Assembly: GCA_040182905.1 (NCBI GenBank) | Contig: JARQWU010000020.1 | Coordinates: forward strand, 1-64,000 | Origin: Barthelona sp. PAP020 | Lineage: Eukaryota | Length of the DNA stretch: 64,000 nucleotides | Reading direction: 5' to 3' | Shown here: positions 11,122 to 21,799 of the stretch, piece after piece | Layout of the letters: every line of letters begins with the position of its first letter | Numbering within the stretch: the stretch's first letter is position 1 | Made by a program: the position numbers and the translations under genes | The notes under the pieces: model-generated | Told to the model about the DNA's origin: nothing | The model's database searches: none | What the model saw: the letters and a program-made list of their open reading frames with translations, nothing else

Positions 11122-12594
11122 TCAATTGTAGAAGGGCTGGAGAAGTTGCACAATTTTGGAATGACCTTTGGTTCTGGCAACGTCCATTGGTGTCCATTTT
11201 TGTTGAAATTTGAGATTTACATTGGCTCTATGATCTAATAGAAGTTTGACTATCTCAAGATGACCATTTTGACAACTAATGAACAATGGAGAAGTACCTT
11301 CATCCATACACAAATTAATATTAGCCCCATGATCTAAGAGCATTTTGGCAGCATCAAGATGACCTTTTTGACAACTAATTAACAATGGAGAAGTACCATC
11401 ATTCATACACAAATTAACATCAGCTCCATGATCCAAGAGATTTTTGGTAACATCAAGATGACCATTTTGACAACTGATGTACAATGGAGAAGCACCATCA
11501 TTCATACACAAATTAACATGAGCGCCATGATCTAAGAGAATTTTAGCAACATCAAGATGACCATTTTGACAACTAATATGTAATGGAGAAGCACCTTCAT
11601 TCATACACAAATTAACATGAGCCCCATGATCTAAGAGAATTTTAGCAACATCAAGATGACCATTTTGACAACCAACATATAATGGAGAAAAATCACGATT
11701 ATCACACAAATTAATATTAGCCCCATGATCCAAGAGAATTTTAGCAATATCAAGATGACCATTTTGACAACTAATGAACAATGGAGAAGCACCATCATTC
11801 ATACACAAATTAATATTAGCCCCATGATCCAAGAGAATTTTAGCAACATCAAGATGACCATTTTGACAACTAATGAACAATGGAGAAGCACCATCATTCA
11901 TACACAAATTAATATTAGCCCCATGATCTAAGAGCATTCTGGCAGCATCAAGATAACCTTTTTGACAACTAATAAACAATGGAGAAGAACCATTATTCTT
12001 ACACAAATTAACATCAGCTCCATGATCCAAGAGCATTTTGGCAACATTAAGATGACTTTTTTGACAACTAATGTACAATGGAGAACTACAATTCTTATTC
12101 CTCAAATTAACATCAGCCCCATAATCCAAGAGCATTTTGGCAACATCAAAATGACCATTTTGACAACTGATGTACAATGGAGAACTACCATCATCAGGAC
12201 ACAAATTAATATCAGCTCCATGATCCAAGAGCATTTTGGCAACATCAAGATGACCATTTCCACAACTGACATACAATGGAGAAACACCATCATTCATACT
12301 CAAATTAACATCAGCGTCAAAATCCAACAAAAACTCAACAACTTCCATACGCCCATTAAAAGCAGCTCCCCAAAGTGATGTCCTTCCTTCCTTGCCCTGT
12401 TTGTTCACATCAACGCCAGCTTTGATACACTGCTTGACAACTTCAAGACTACCTTCAAGCGCTGCATGATATATCTTCTTTGGCCGACCATTATCTTCAA
12501 ATCCATCCACAATAAACCCATCTGGAACAACAACTTGATCCATATTATACTTAACAGAAGGGTCAGTTTCCTCAACTGCAGTGTTAACAACCAT
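11122..12594 (-). CDS. Ankyrin-repeat protein (~14 repeats, 11 near-identical)
   Basis: 33-aa unit NDGASPLFISCQNGHLDVAKILLDHGANINLCM; first ATG at 12594. Confidence 0.95.
   Translation of the reverse strand: MVVNTAVEETDPSVKYNMDQVVVPDGFIVDGFEDNGRPKKIYHAALEGSLEVVKQCIKAGVDVNKQGKEGRTSLWGAAFNGRMEVVEFLLDFDADVNLSMNDGVSPLYVSCGNGHLDVAKMLLDHGADINLCPDDGSSPLYISCQNGHFDVAKMLLDYGADVNLRNKNCSSPLYISCQKSHLNVAKMLLDHGADVNLCKNNGSSPLFISCQKGYLDAARMLLDHGANINLCMNDGASPLFISCQNGHLDVAKILLDHGANINLCMNDGASPLFISCQNGHLDIAKILLDHGANINLCDNRDFSPLYVGCQNGHLDVAKILLDHGAHVNLCMNEGASPLHISCQNGHLDVAKILLDHGAHVNLCMNDGASPLYISCQNGHLDVTKNLLDHGADVNLCMNDGTSPLLISCQKGHLDAAKMLLDHGANINLCMDEGTSPLFISCQNGHLEIVKLLLDHRANVNLKFQQKWTPMDVARTKGHSKIVQLLQPFYN
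11205..12300. repeat. 99-bp coding tandem array (about 11 units)
   Basis: CATCAAGATGACCATTTTGACAACT..CAATGGAGAA recurs with a 99-bp period. Confidence 0.95.
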
Positions 12595-13188
12595 TGTCGG
12601 CAAAAAAAAAAGAAGGTCCAAATCTATCATTTCTCTTTGGATATTCAATATTTATCCCTCAAATCAGGCATTATTTTAATTTAGTTGTTGGCAAAATGAA
12701 ATTCGATGATTGATTGACTGGTTTGGGGAGAACTGTTCAAAATATAGATTAATTCTTTCTAGAGATTTCCTTTTTCGAATTAATGCACTCAATTGAACTT
12801 TTATTATTGATTTAAACATTGTGAAAATGTCACGCATATGAAAGTTTGTCATAATGATGTTTGTTCGAATATTTTTTTACAAAGGACATTGTTCCAATTT
12901 CTTTCACAGATTTGTGATATAGTGATGGTATTGACAGATTTTTACTCACAAAATTCACAAATTAAACTTGCAAGAGTGCGATATGTACCATCAAATTTCC
13001 AGTTTTTCTTCCATTGATAAAACCTTTTTCACTTCTTCAATGAGAGTCTTCAACGTTGTTAGTGTGACAACGTTCAATTTAGTTAATAAAATCAACATCA
13101 TTTATTATCAATATTTTTTGTTCTTGTTGTGTTGGACTCCAATAATTGATATGTTAACAATAAGAAAAGATAAAAGTGGCACAACACT

Positions 13189-13462
13189 TTGCTCCAGTAG
13201 TGACATAAACTTATTTACAGTGAAAAGAAACCCAAAGATTCGTTCTAGAAAATTTTCGGCTAAAACTCAGGGCGTGAGGAATCCAGACTGAAATTCTATT
13301 GTGTGAATGTAGTTTGTAGATTTGGGAAAGAACTTCGTCTTTTGGTTGTTTTGGATTTGGTAAAAGCAAAATTCTTAAAGTTTAACTTGTACCTTAGAAA
13401 GATGAAGGTTTTAACAGATTAATCTGGTCTCGAAAGCCATTAACCAAATAAACACCATTATT
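13189..13462 (+). repeat. Island repeat family, copy C (diverged, full length)
   Basis: TTGCTCCAGTAGTGACA..TATTTACAG start motif through AAAAGCAAAATTCTTAAAGTTT..TCTCGAAAGCCATTAACCAAATAAACAC. Confidence 0.8.
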
Positions 13463-13622
13463 AGAAATTTATGAGGTATGAGTTGTTCAGTGAACAACGA
13501 AACGAGTTAGCTTAAGGTTTGGGAAAAACTCACGTGGATTCAGATGCCAAAGTAACTTAAAAAATTGGACCTAAAGGTAGTCAAGAAACAACAAATAACG
13601 GAAGTGATATTTGATGACCTCT

Positions 13623-14024
13623 TTATTTCCAAGCCAAGAAGCACTGTGCGTATGAGTGAATGAAAAGGAATTGTGTTTATTTGGTTAAAGGCTTTCGAGC
13701 CCTGATTGATCTGTTGAAAAACTTTAGATTTTCTAAGGAAAAGTTTAAACTTTAAAATTTTGCTTTTGCAAAAATACAAAAAAATAGGAATGAAGAATTT
13801 CTCCGAAATTCTCCTACTTGATCGTTCCAATTACATTTCAGTCCCTCAATTCCCCTCCTGGGATTTTGACTGAAATTTGCTAGAATAAGTTTTCTGAGTT
13901 TACTTTCTTTGTAAATAAATATAGTTGTTTCACAACTGGACCAATAAATTCCGTTTATTGAGCATGAACTTCCACATTCTTTTTTATTCACTCATACGCA
14001 CAGTGCTTCTTGGCTTGGAAATAA
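13623..14024. mobile_element. MITE-like unit: repeat copy B (13623-13944, minus) closed by inverted end fragment D (13973-14024, plus)
   Basis: Perfect 39-bp inverted repeat at 13623-13661 and 13986-14024; TA at 13624-25 and 14022-23 is compatible with a TA target-site duplication; no transposase seen. Confidence 0.6.
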
Positions 14025-14174
14025 TAAAAAAAAACAAAGAACAAAAAACAGGTTTACATTCGTTGAAAAACAAATTTACAAAGATTTTGAAAAAAAATTT
14101 TTATTTTATTTTTTTTTTTTTTTTTCAATCACCAAATATATATATAAGGTAAAACATCAAGCTAAGAAACTGCT

Positions 14175-14802
14175 TTATTCATTGATTAATCCAATGTTTC
14201 TTAAACCTGTGGCCAAAGTTTCAGCCACGGTTTCAATTGATTGATTACCATTCACAGTAAGAACATAACTTTGTTCTTCAAAAAAAGAAAATACAGGTTC
14301 TGTATCATTTTTAAAAGTTTGAAATCTTTTAACAATAGAAGCAAAATTATCATCAGTTCTATGGGATGTTTTACCACGATTGATAAGCCTTTCTAACAAT
14401 ATATTTTCATTTTCAATTGAAAGATAAATGAGTCCAACACCTAAATTGCCAATCATTCTTTGATAGGTTAAAGCTTGAGCAATTGCTCGAGGAAATCCAT
14501 CAATCAAAAATGTTCTTTCAGGAGTTTCATCCATTCGTTGTTTCAGTAAACTAATTGTAATTTCTGGGGGTACTAACTTTCCTTCTTTAATAATAGTTGC
14601 AATTAATTCACCATTGGGACTGTTAGGTTTGGCCATTTCAGCTCTTAATAATTCTCCTGCAGATAGATGAATAAAACCATAACGTTTTTGAAGAATTTTT
14701 GCTTGAGTACCCTTTCCTTAAAATTAGAAGATGAATCAAAGTGATAATACCTGCTCCTGGACCACCAAGAAGAAATATCACCTTTGGAACAATTTCAGAC
14801 AT
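14175..14802 (-). CDS. UMP-CMP kinase / adenylate kinase family (exons 14802-14751, 14716-14175)
   Basis: After splicing: VIFLLGGPGAGKGTQ..YGFIHLSAGELLRAE, FLIDGFPR, RGKTSHRTDDN. Confidence 0.92.
14717..14750 (-). other. 34-nt spliceosomal intron inside the P-loop Gly codon
   Basis: GTATTATCACTTTGATTCATCTTCTAATTTTAAG; removal restores GPGAGKGT. Confidence 0.93.
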
Positions 14803-15119
14803 GGAAAAATTTTCAATTGGATTGGAAATCAAAAAATGATGAGGTTATTTTTTAGCATTCACTTTTATTAATTTTTGTGCAAAAAATAAAAAAAATGATG
14901 AGAAAGGAAAGCAGTTTAGACTTTTGGAAATTCTTTCGGTTTCAAAAAAAATCTTGAATTCCAAAAAAGTTTTTAATTTTGTTTTCTTTTGATTTTTTGT
15001 TGAAACCATTGATTAATAAAATTAACTCATGAATAAACTTTGTTTATTTTCGGTCAAAGAGATATTTTTTTTTTTTGGAAGGAAAAATTTGATTTGGTTT
15101 TAAAAAAAATCTGTTTTTA

Positions 15120-18100
15120 ATGTTTGAACCACGTGCGCGTATATTTCATTCAAGTACACTATATGGTGAAAATAATGAAAATATAGCTGTTTTTGGAGGA
15201 CAATGTTTGCCGAATCATTGTGATAACGAGGAAATTGTTGAATGTTTGAATGATTTATGTTTATATAATAAAGAAAGGAAAATATGGACTGAAGTAAAGA
15301 GTTCTAATGGACCTGAATCAAGATTTGGTCACAGTATGTTATATTTTGAATCGAATTTGTATTTATTTGGAGGAAAAAACAGTCAACAGAAAAGCTTGAG
15401 AGATATTTGGAGCTTTAATTTTGAGAAAAAATCTTGGAAAAAATTGGAGTTAGTTTTGCCTGCATATCAGACTTGTAAAGTTTGTTTATGTGGATCTAAT
15501 GCGATTATACACATATATTTGTCGAATGAAAAGGATTGTGGGTATGATTTGTACAGTTTATCTTTGAAGAAGCTTGATAAGTTTCTGTTGTATGAAAGCA
15601 TAAATTTGTCCGCCATTTCACCAGTTAAAAGAGAACATTATTGTTTTGATTGTTTCAATGGAAAAGTTTTCTTTTTTGGTGGTTACAATGAGTTATTAAA
15701 GAAAGAAGTGAATGATTTTTGGAAATTTGATGTTAATGAAGGTAATTGGTCCTGTTTGGGAGATTTACCATTCATGGTAAGCATTTTACCGTTTTTTACT
15801 GGAAATGATGAGATTATTTTAATCGGTGGAGGATTTTACTCCAATGAAATAACCCAATGGCAAAACAATATGGATTTTATTGATTTTAGGAATGATCTGT
15901 GGATGTATGAAATGAAGTTACAAACATGGAAAAATATAGCTCTTGACATGTGTTATCGATTTGGTGGACTTGCTCATATTATTGAAAATTCTTTATATTT
16001 GATTGGAGGTCAAACAAATGGAAACTTTTTGGAGATTGTCCCATTAAATGAAGAAATTGAAGATCTTAAAGACAAAGATATTTTGAGTACTTACCGTTCT
16101 CAACCTTATTCCCCTCGATTGAAAAAGGTCACAAATACATATAAGACTCCCCAAAAATCTGAAAAATCTGAAAAGCCTAAACTATTGGTGACTGGAATGT
16201 TGAATGAAAATGAGGAAATTTTATCAAAATCTCTTGAAATTGAAGAGAAGAAGAAAAAAAGACATATTATTGGAAATGATAAAGATGAACTGGATAATAA
16301 ACGTCATTTGGAAAGGATGAATGCTATGTTGTTGGAAATGAATGTCATATTAAAAGATAATTGTTTAGAAACAAAGAATGCTTGGGAAAAACATTGGGTA
16401 GAACATGTTGAGATTGATAAAAAATTTGATGAGCAATTTGATGTGTTGGAAAAGATTTTATCTGAACAATCATATTTGATTGCAAATAATGCGAGTTTTA
16501 AGGGGCATATTGATAAGATCCAGGATGAACAAGCAAGTTTGGTTAGTTCATTTATATCGAGTGGTGTTACGAACGATGAGTTAATTGTTGTTATCAGTGA
16601 ACAAAAGAAACAAATAGATGAGCAAAACGATAGATTAGAGCGATTGGAAAAATTAATTTTTGAATTACGTACCAAAGAAATTCATGGTGTTCAAAGTATT
16701 GATCAAACTGAACAAACAGAACAAGCAGAAAGAATGGAAAAACTAGAGTTTGAAATGGTCAAATTAAATCAGAAATTGATTGAAAGAGAACAAAAAATTG
16801 AATTATTACAAGAACAACTAAACTCTTCGAATAAACGTATTGAAGAAATGAATTTTGCTGAAATAAATTTGAAATTTTCACAATTTGATGAATTTAAACT
16901 GCAAACAATTAGTTCTCTGGATTCATTGAATGAACAATATGATTTGGTTATCGAAAATTCAATTGATGAACATGAAAAGATCAATGGTTTGGAAACTCGT
17001 GTTGAATCTGCTGAAAAATGGAAAGATTCTTTCCCTCGAGTTATTTCCCGTCTTGAAGAATTTGATAAAACCTTAGCAAACATTTTGAAAGACATCATCA
17101 TCATGAACGATATGATTAAGCAAGCAAATGACAGTTTTAACTCTCATCAACAATTATTTGTTGAAATTATTCAAACAATCAAGGTATTACAAGACGAGGT
17201 AAACATGATCCCAAAATTGTCGGACTCAATTGTTTCTTTAATGCATTTTCAAGCAGAAATTGAAAATAAATTTTCAACTGATTTCTTTACAAATATTGTT
17301 CAAACTTTTAATAACACTATTGATACTAATGAACTCAGTTCTTTGAAAGAGCAGTTTGAGGAGATTACTGAACGTACTATAAGTCTTGAATTGATTGTAG
17401 AGATGTTGAAAGATACTGTGATTGATCTTTCAGATATCAATTTAACTAACAATAATTTTGCAGATATTCAGGGCATTTTGCAATCGAATTATCAACGAAT
17501 CAGTGTCAATCGTAGTATTTTGAGGTATATTGTTTTAAGCATGTGTGAAAATCAATTGTGGAAGAGTGATGAGGTGGATTTGGTTTTACAATTATTGAGA
17601 GATAATGATGTTGATATTGAAATGAAAGAAGAAGAAGAAGAAGAAGAAGAAGAAAATGAACAAAAGAATAAGGAAACAAGGGATATAATTGATGAGCCAG
17701 AAAAGCAGGAAGAAAAAGAAGAAAAAGAAGAAAAAGAAGAAAAACTAAAATTACAACAAGAAATTCAAGAAGAACAAGAACAACAATATAAAGAGAGCGA
17801 TGATTTCGAAGAAAATAAAAATTTAGAGCAAGAAATAGTCGTGGATATTGATTCAGAATTAGAAACAGAAGAAAAATGTCATGTTCGTCATGTTTCATTT
17901 GAAAATGAACCAGAATTTATCGATGATATTGGTAGTGTTGATTTGTCAAATTCTGAAGATGAATTTTTCGATGAAGTTCCACAAGAAACAAAAGAACAGG
18001 AACAAGAAGAATTTGTTGTTGAAGAGATAGCTGTTATTGTTGAAGAAAATGATATGAACGAAGAGGAAAGAATTAAAGAATTAGAGAAAATCGAAAGAGA

Positions 18101-18704
18101 TGCGTTTTTTAATGAATTAGAGGAATATCCCCCTTACAAAAACACAGATGACTTAAATACACTTGAGCAACAACAACAAGAACAAAAACAAGAACAACAA
18201 CAAGAACCGTCAATACATCATTCATTTGATGATCCTTCTCGAATATGGAGGTTTGAATTACACTCATATCGCAGTCTAGCGTTATTTTCTGATGGCTACA
18301 TGAAGGTTTTTGGATCAAATAAACATGGAAACTTTGTTAAGGTGATTGACAAGCTGGATATATCAAAAAACCTAAAGAAACAATTTAATATTCGTCCCAT
18401 TCACAAGAATTATTTCCTTTTACTTGATAGTAATACTAAAACTTTGAAACTTTTGAATATTTCAAATTTCTCAATTGAAATTTTATTCATTCAGCAAAAA
18501 AATCATTTCATACTTCCAACAACAGCAGCTACTCATGAACATATACTTTTCTGTGATAGTAGGTTGGGTGAATACTATATCTTTAATTTTCAGGGTGAAC
18601 AAGTCTGGAGTTTGATGAACCATCCCTGTAAGTCGTTTGTCTTGAATAACAAAACGTTGATTCTTGGGAATTCAAAAGAAAATCTCGTTTTTGAATATTT
18701 ATAA
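15120..18704 (+). CDS. Kelch beta-propeller + coiled-coil + acidic linker protein
   Basis: Kelch motifs (RFGHSM..LYLFGG..DIWSF; VFFFGG..NDFWKF), long heptad region, Glu/Gln-rich tract. Confidence 0.85.
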   Translation: MFEPRARIFHSSTLYGENNENIAVFGGQCLPNHCDNEEIVECLNDLCLYNKERKIWTEVKSSNGPESRFGHSMLYFESNLYLFGGKNSQQKSLRDIWSFNFEKKSWKKLELVLPAYQTCKVCLCGSNAIIHIYLSNEKDCGYDLYSLSLKKLDKFLLYESINLSAISPVKREHYCFDCFNGKVFFFGGYNELLKKEVNDFWKFDVNEGNWSCLGDLPFMVSILPFFTGNDEIILIGGGFYSNEITQWQNNMDFIDFRNDLWMYEMKLQTWKNIALDMCYRFGGLAHIIENSLYLIGGQTNGNFLEIVPLNEEIEDLKDKDILSTYRSQPYSPRLKKVTNTYKTPQKSEKSEKPKLLVTGMLNENEEILSKSLEIEEKKKKRHIIGNDKDELDNKRHLERMNAMLLEMNVILKDNCLETKNAWEKHWVEHVEIDKKFDEQFDVLEKILSEQSYLIANNASFKGHIDKIQDEQASLVSSFISSGVTNDELIVVISEQKKQIDEQNDRLERLEKLIFELRTKEIHGVQSIDQTEQTEQAERMEKLEFEMVKLNQKLIEREQKIELLQEQLNSSNKRIEEMNFAEINLKFSQFDEFKLQTISSLDSLNEQYDLVIENSIDEHEKINGLETRVESAEKWKDSFPRVISRLEEFDKTLANILKDIIIMNDMIKQANDSFNSHQQLFVEIIQTIKVLQDEVNMIPKLSDSIVSLMHFQAEIENKFSTDFFTNIVQTFNNTIDTNELSSLKEQFEEITERTISLELIVEMLKDTVIDLSDINLTNNNFADIQGILQSNYQRISVNRSILRYIVLSMCENQLWKSDEVDLVLQLLRDNDVDIEMKEEEEEEEEENEQKNKETRDIIDEPEKQEEKEEKEEKEEKLKLQQEIQEEQEQQYKESDDFEENKNLEQEIVVDIDSELETEEKCHVRHVSFENEPEFIDDIGSVDLSNSEDEFFDEVPQETKEQEQEEFVVEEIAVIVEENDMNEEERIKELEKIERDAFFNELEEYPPYKNTDDLNTLEQQQQEQKQEQQQEPSIHHSFDDPSRIWRFELHSYRSLALFSDGYMKVFGSNKHGNFVKVIDKLDISKNLKKQFNIRPIHKNYFLLLDSNTKTLKLLNISNFSIEILFIQQKNHFILPTTAATHEHILFCDSRLGEYYIFNFQGEQVWSLMNHPCKSFVLNNKTLILGNSKENLVFEYL

Positions 18705-18730
18705 AGTTTGTGTATTATATTTCTATTTTG

Positions 18731-19305
18731 TTTTCATGTCAAGAAACACTCTGTGTGTGTGTCAAAATGAGAAGTCCTGGTGTTTATTTAGTTAAAAGCC
18801 CTTGAGGCCCGATGGATCTGTTGAACAATGTATTCTTCTAAAATGAAAGTTAGATACCTCAAAATTGGAAAGGAACTGGGGTAAAATTTTATCCCAAATT
18901 TGTCCCTGTTTGACAAAATTGAATGTAACCAGTTCATTTCCTTCTCAACACTAAAATTTACCAAAGTTTTCAAAAATGAGATTTGTTCTTTTGTCTTTCT
19001 CCCAAAGTTGAATGTAGCAAAGAATTGGTTTGGTGTTTTGAGATAAATAATCAAACAATTGATTGAGCAAATGACAAATACTATTGAAAGAACGAAAGCA
19101 GAAAACTCAGAGGGGAACTTGAAGCATGAAATCACAGACGGGTGAGGAAAGCAATAGTATTCAATTGAAAACACCATGCTACCCTTTAAGGAACTTCGTT
19201 GTTGGTAGAGGGTCAATTCTTTGGGATCAGTTTGGTAAGATACGATATACTTGAGAGCTCAAGAAGGCTTCCTGTTGAGTGGGTTCAAATTAATTGGTGT
19301 TTGTC
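18731..19305 (-). repeat. Island repeat family, copy F (long type)
   Basis: Colinear direct repeat of 22212-22794, including 40 identical bp (19209-19248 = 22699-22738); its first ~150 bp match copy B. Confidence 0.9.
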
Positions 19306-19573
19306 CAAATGGGAAAATCCTCGCAAAAACAAGAGGATAAAAGTTTGATCTTGAATTTCTCAAATCATCTGATTGTTCAGTTGTTTTGGTTTTATTGGGT
19401 TGATGGGTAGTTTTGTTGTTGTTATATGTGGAGTGACTTGCATGGTTGAAAAACAATGTGAAAATAAATTAAATAATGAAATGAAAATGTATTTTGAATT
19501 TACAAGTTGAAACTTTGAGAAGCGAGGTGAATATGTAATCATGGGATGTAAGTGAAAAATGCAATGTGGAGTT

Positions 19574-21799
19574 TTACAGGTCTGAAGCAATGAATTCTTG
19601 GATTAGCGTATTATTTGGATAACGGTGACCACTACACAACAAACGAGTTCCATCATGGTTAAGGGCCATGGTATAAATATTCAAAGACACACGCACTTTC
19701 TGCAACACTTGACCTGTTTCTCTTCGAATCACAGCAAATGATTTGTCATATGAACCAGAATAGATCAATGAACCATCTTGAGAGAATATGATTGAGTACA
19801 TCCAATCACTATGAACCTTGTACTTTCTCACCAACTCTCTAGATTCAACATCAAATATCCTGACTGTGCCATTGGTATCACCTGTCACCCAATAAGCACT
19901 ATCGGGTGAGAAGTTGCCTGAGCTGACCCACTTTCCATCATGCCTCCACGTGTAAAGCTCTTTGTAGGTCTCCAATGAAAACAACTTTGAACATCCATCA
20001 TCGCTGACAGAAGCAAAGTACTTCGTATTGGGGCTGATACGTACAGATCGAACATATCTTTCATGAACTCGAAATTTATGCAACTTGTGTCGTTTGACTG
20101 TGTATATGCCAATTTGACCATCTCGCATACCAAAAGAAAGCAATTTGCCATCTGGTGAGAACCAAACATGGCTCACATCCATTGCCATATCAGAAATCAC
20201 TCTTATTGTTCTCCAAGTATCAACCTCAATGATATGAATTGCTGAACCAATACCACCAACAGCCAATAGTTTGGAGTCAGGACTAAAATTGAGACCAAGA
20301 GCCTTCAAATACTCCCCTTCATGCACAATTTCATGTGTTTCAGCGTTGTAGACTCTGAGTAATTTACGAGTTAATCCTGCAACCGCAAAAAAGCGTCCAT
20401 TAGAGCTGTAATCAAGGGCAAGAACTTGAGTATCAGGAAACTCCTCACTAAACACAGGCCTTTCTTCAAATGTTTCGACTGCTCGAAAAATTTGCTTTCT
20501 ATTTTCATTGAATGATTCTCCGTTATTGTTGTTCATAAGGTCATTCAATTGGTCAGTTAAATGAGTTGAAACAAGTTGTTTTCCCTCATTGTTGTTCATA
20601 AGATCATTCAATTGATTTGTCAAATGATCAACTTGATCTGATAATTCTTGGTTTATATTCATCCAGTTTCTTTTTTCTTCCATAAAATTGTCCACTTGAT
20701 CTGATAATTCTTGGTTTTTTCTTCTTAATTTCTTTTTTATAGTCTTGAATTCATCAACCTGCCTTGTCAAACTCTGAACCCTCTCTTCATACACAGTTTT
20801 TTCCAAAAGCCAACTGTTCTTTTCCTCTTTCAACACAGCATTCTCCTTCACCAACCTCTTCTCGTCGAATCCCAACCCCTCGAAACGCTCAATCAACATC
20901 TGCAAATACTCAGTGATCTCACTGAACGTTGGCCTGGAAGCTGCCTCAACAGTCAAACACCTCTTGATGATTCCAAACCCAGGTATTGTATCCAACAATT
21001 CTTGTGCATACGGAAGTTGACCCTTGATCAATTTTGCTATGACTTTCAACTCACTTAACCCTTCAAAAGGAACAAAACCAGATACTACTTGAGCCAACAT
21101 AACCCCAAAAGACCATGCATCAACAGCTGTTCCTATTATGTTCTCCTCTTCGTTGGCCAACTCGGGAGCAGCATATCTTGCAGCACCCATCATGGAATTA
21201 GCTGAACTCCTACCCGTATCACGAACAAGCCCAAAATCAGCAATTGCAGGTGTATACACCCCATCTACTCCACGTCTCAACAACACATTGTTAGGCTTAA
21301 GGTCTCTATGCATAACGCCTTTTCCATGACAAAACTCAAGTGCAGTGGAAACTTGCATCATAGTAACCAACTTCTCCTTCAAAGATAACTCTGGTATCAT
21401 TTCCTCCAGGTCGGCATCACAATATTCCATAACAACAGCCTTTTTGCACTCAATCTCAGTAACTCCAAACACCTGACGAATAAAAGGGTGATTTAAAACC
21501 ATAGGAAAGCATTCCCTGTTAAGTTCATCAGCAGTAATTTTTTCAACTTTATCAACAAATACTTTCAAAACTACAATCTTTCCATGTCTTTTGGCAAGAT
21601 GTAAGAGCCCAAATCCACCTATTCTGAAGTTATTTTCTACTATTTCAAACTCCCCTCCTGGAATATTGATGTCATTCGATTTCAAAAAATTATTCAACAT
21701 GTCAAAAGCATCTTCTTCTGGTTCTTTAACAATTTTTTTGCGTTTCTTTGCACGTTGTTCTAGTTCGTGTGACCCTTGGTTTTCTTCGAAGGTGAACAT
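19574..21799 (-). CDS. Ser/Thr (TKL-like) protein kinase - coiled coil - WD40 propeller protein
   Basis: GGFG, VVLK, HRDLKPNN, DFG, YAAPE, DAWSFG; C-terminal WD40 units (FSPDSKLLAVG, HSDWMYSIIFSQDGSLIYSGSYDKS); first ATG at 21799. Confidence 0.92.
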   Translation of the reverse strand: MFTFEENQGSHELEQRAKKRKKIVKEPEEDAFDMLNNFLKSNDINIPGGEFEIVENNFRIGGFGLLHLAKRHGKIVVLKVFVDKVEKITADELNRECFPMVLNHPFIRQVFGVTEIECKKAVVMEYCDADLEEMIPELSLKEKLVTMMQVSTALEFCHGKGVMHRDLKPNNVLLRRGVDGVYTPAIADFGLVRDTGRSSANSMMGAARYAAPELANEEENIIGTAVDAWSFGVMLAQVVSGFVPFEGLSELKVIAKLIKGQLPYAQELLDTIPGFGIIKRCLTVEAASRPTFSEITEYLQMLIERFEGLGFDEKRLVKENAVLKEEKNSWLLEKTVYEERVQSLTRQVDEFKTIKKKLRRKNQELSDQVDNFMEEKRNWMNINQELSDQVDHLTNQLNDLMNNNEGKQLVSTHLTDQLNDLMNNNNGESFNENRKQIFRAVETFEERPVFSEEFPDTQVLALDYSSNGRFFAVAGLTRKLLRVYNAETHEIVHEGEYLKALGLNFSPDSKLLAVGGIGSAIHIIEVDTWRTIRVISDMAMDVSHVWFSPDGKLLSFGMRDGQIGIYTVKRHKLHKFRVHERYVRSVRISPNTKYFASVSDDGCSKLFSLETYKELYTWRHDGKWVSSGNFSPDSAYWVTGDTNGTVRIFDVESRELVRKYKVHSDWMYSIIFSQDGSLIYSGSYDKSFAVIRRETGQVLQKVRVSLNIYTMALNHDGTRLLCSGHRYPNNTLIQEFIASDL

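Noticed and set aside
11205..12300. 99-bp periodic array as CRISPR or a diversity-generating retroelement
   Set aside because: Units are in-frame ankyrin codons with no unique spacers; changes are not adenine-specific; no cas or RT gene seen
11725..12684. Repetitive ORFs overlapping the ankyrin gene, and other short overlapping ORFs in the track
   Set aside because: Shadows of real genes on the other strand or in another frame
14175..14832. Frameshifted or split kinase pseudogene (two ORFs in the track)
   Set aside because: Explained by a 34-nt GT-AG intron
17626..17740. GAA and GAAAAAGAA microsatellites
   Set aside because: Ordinary poly-Glu / Glu-Lys coding tracts
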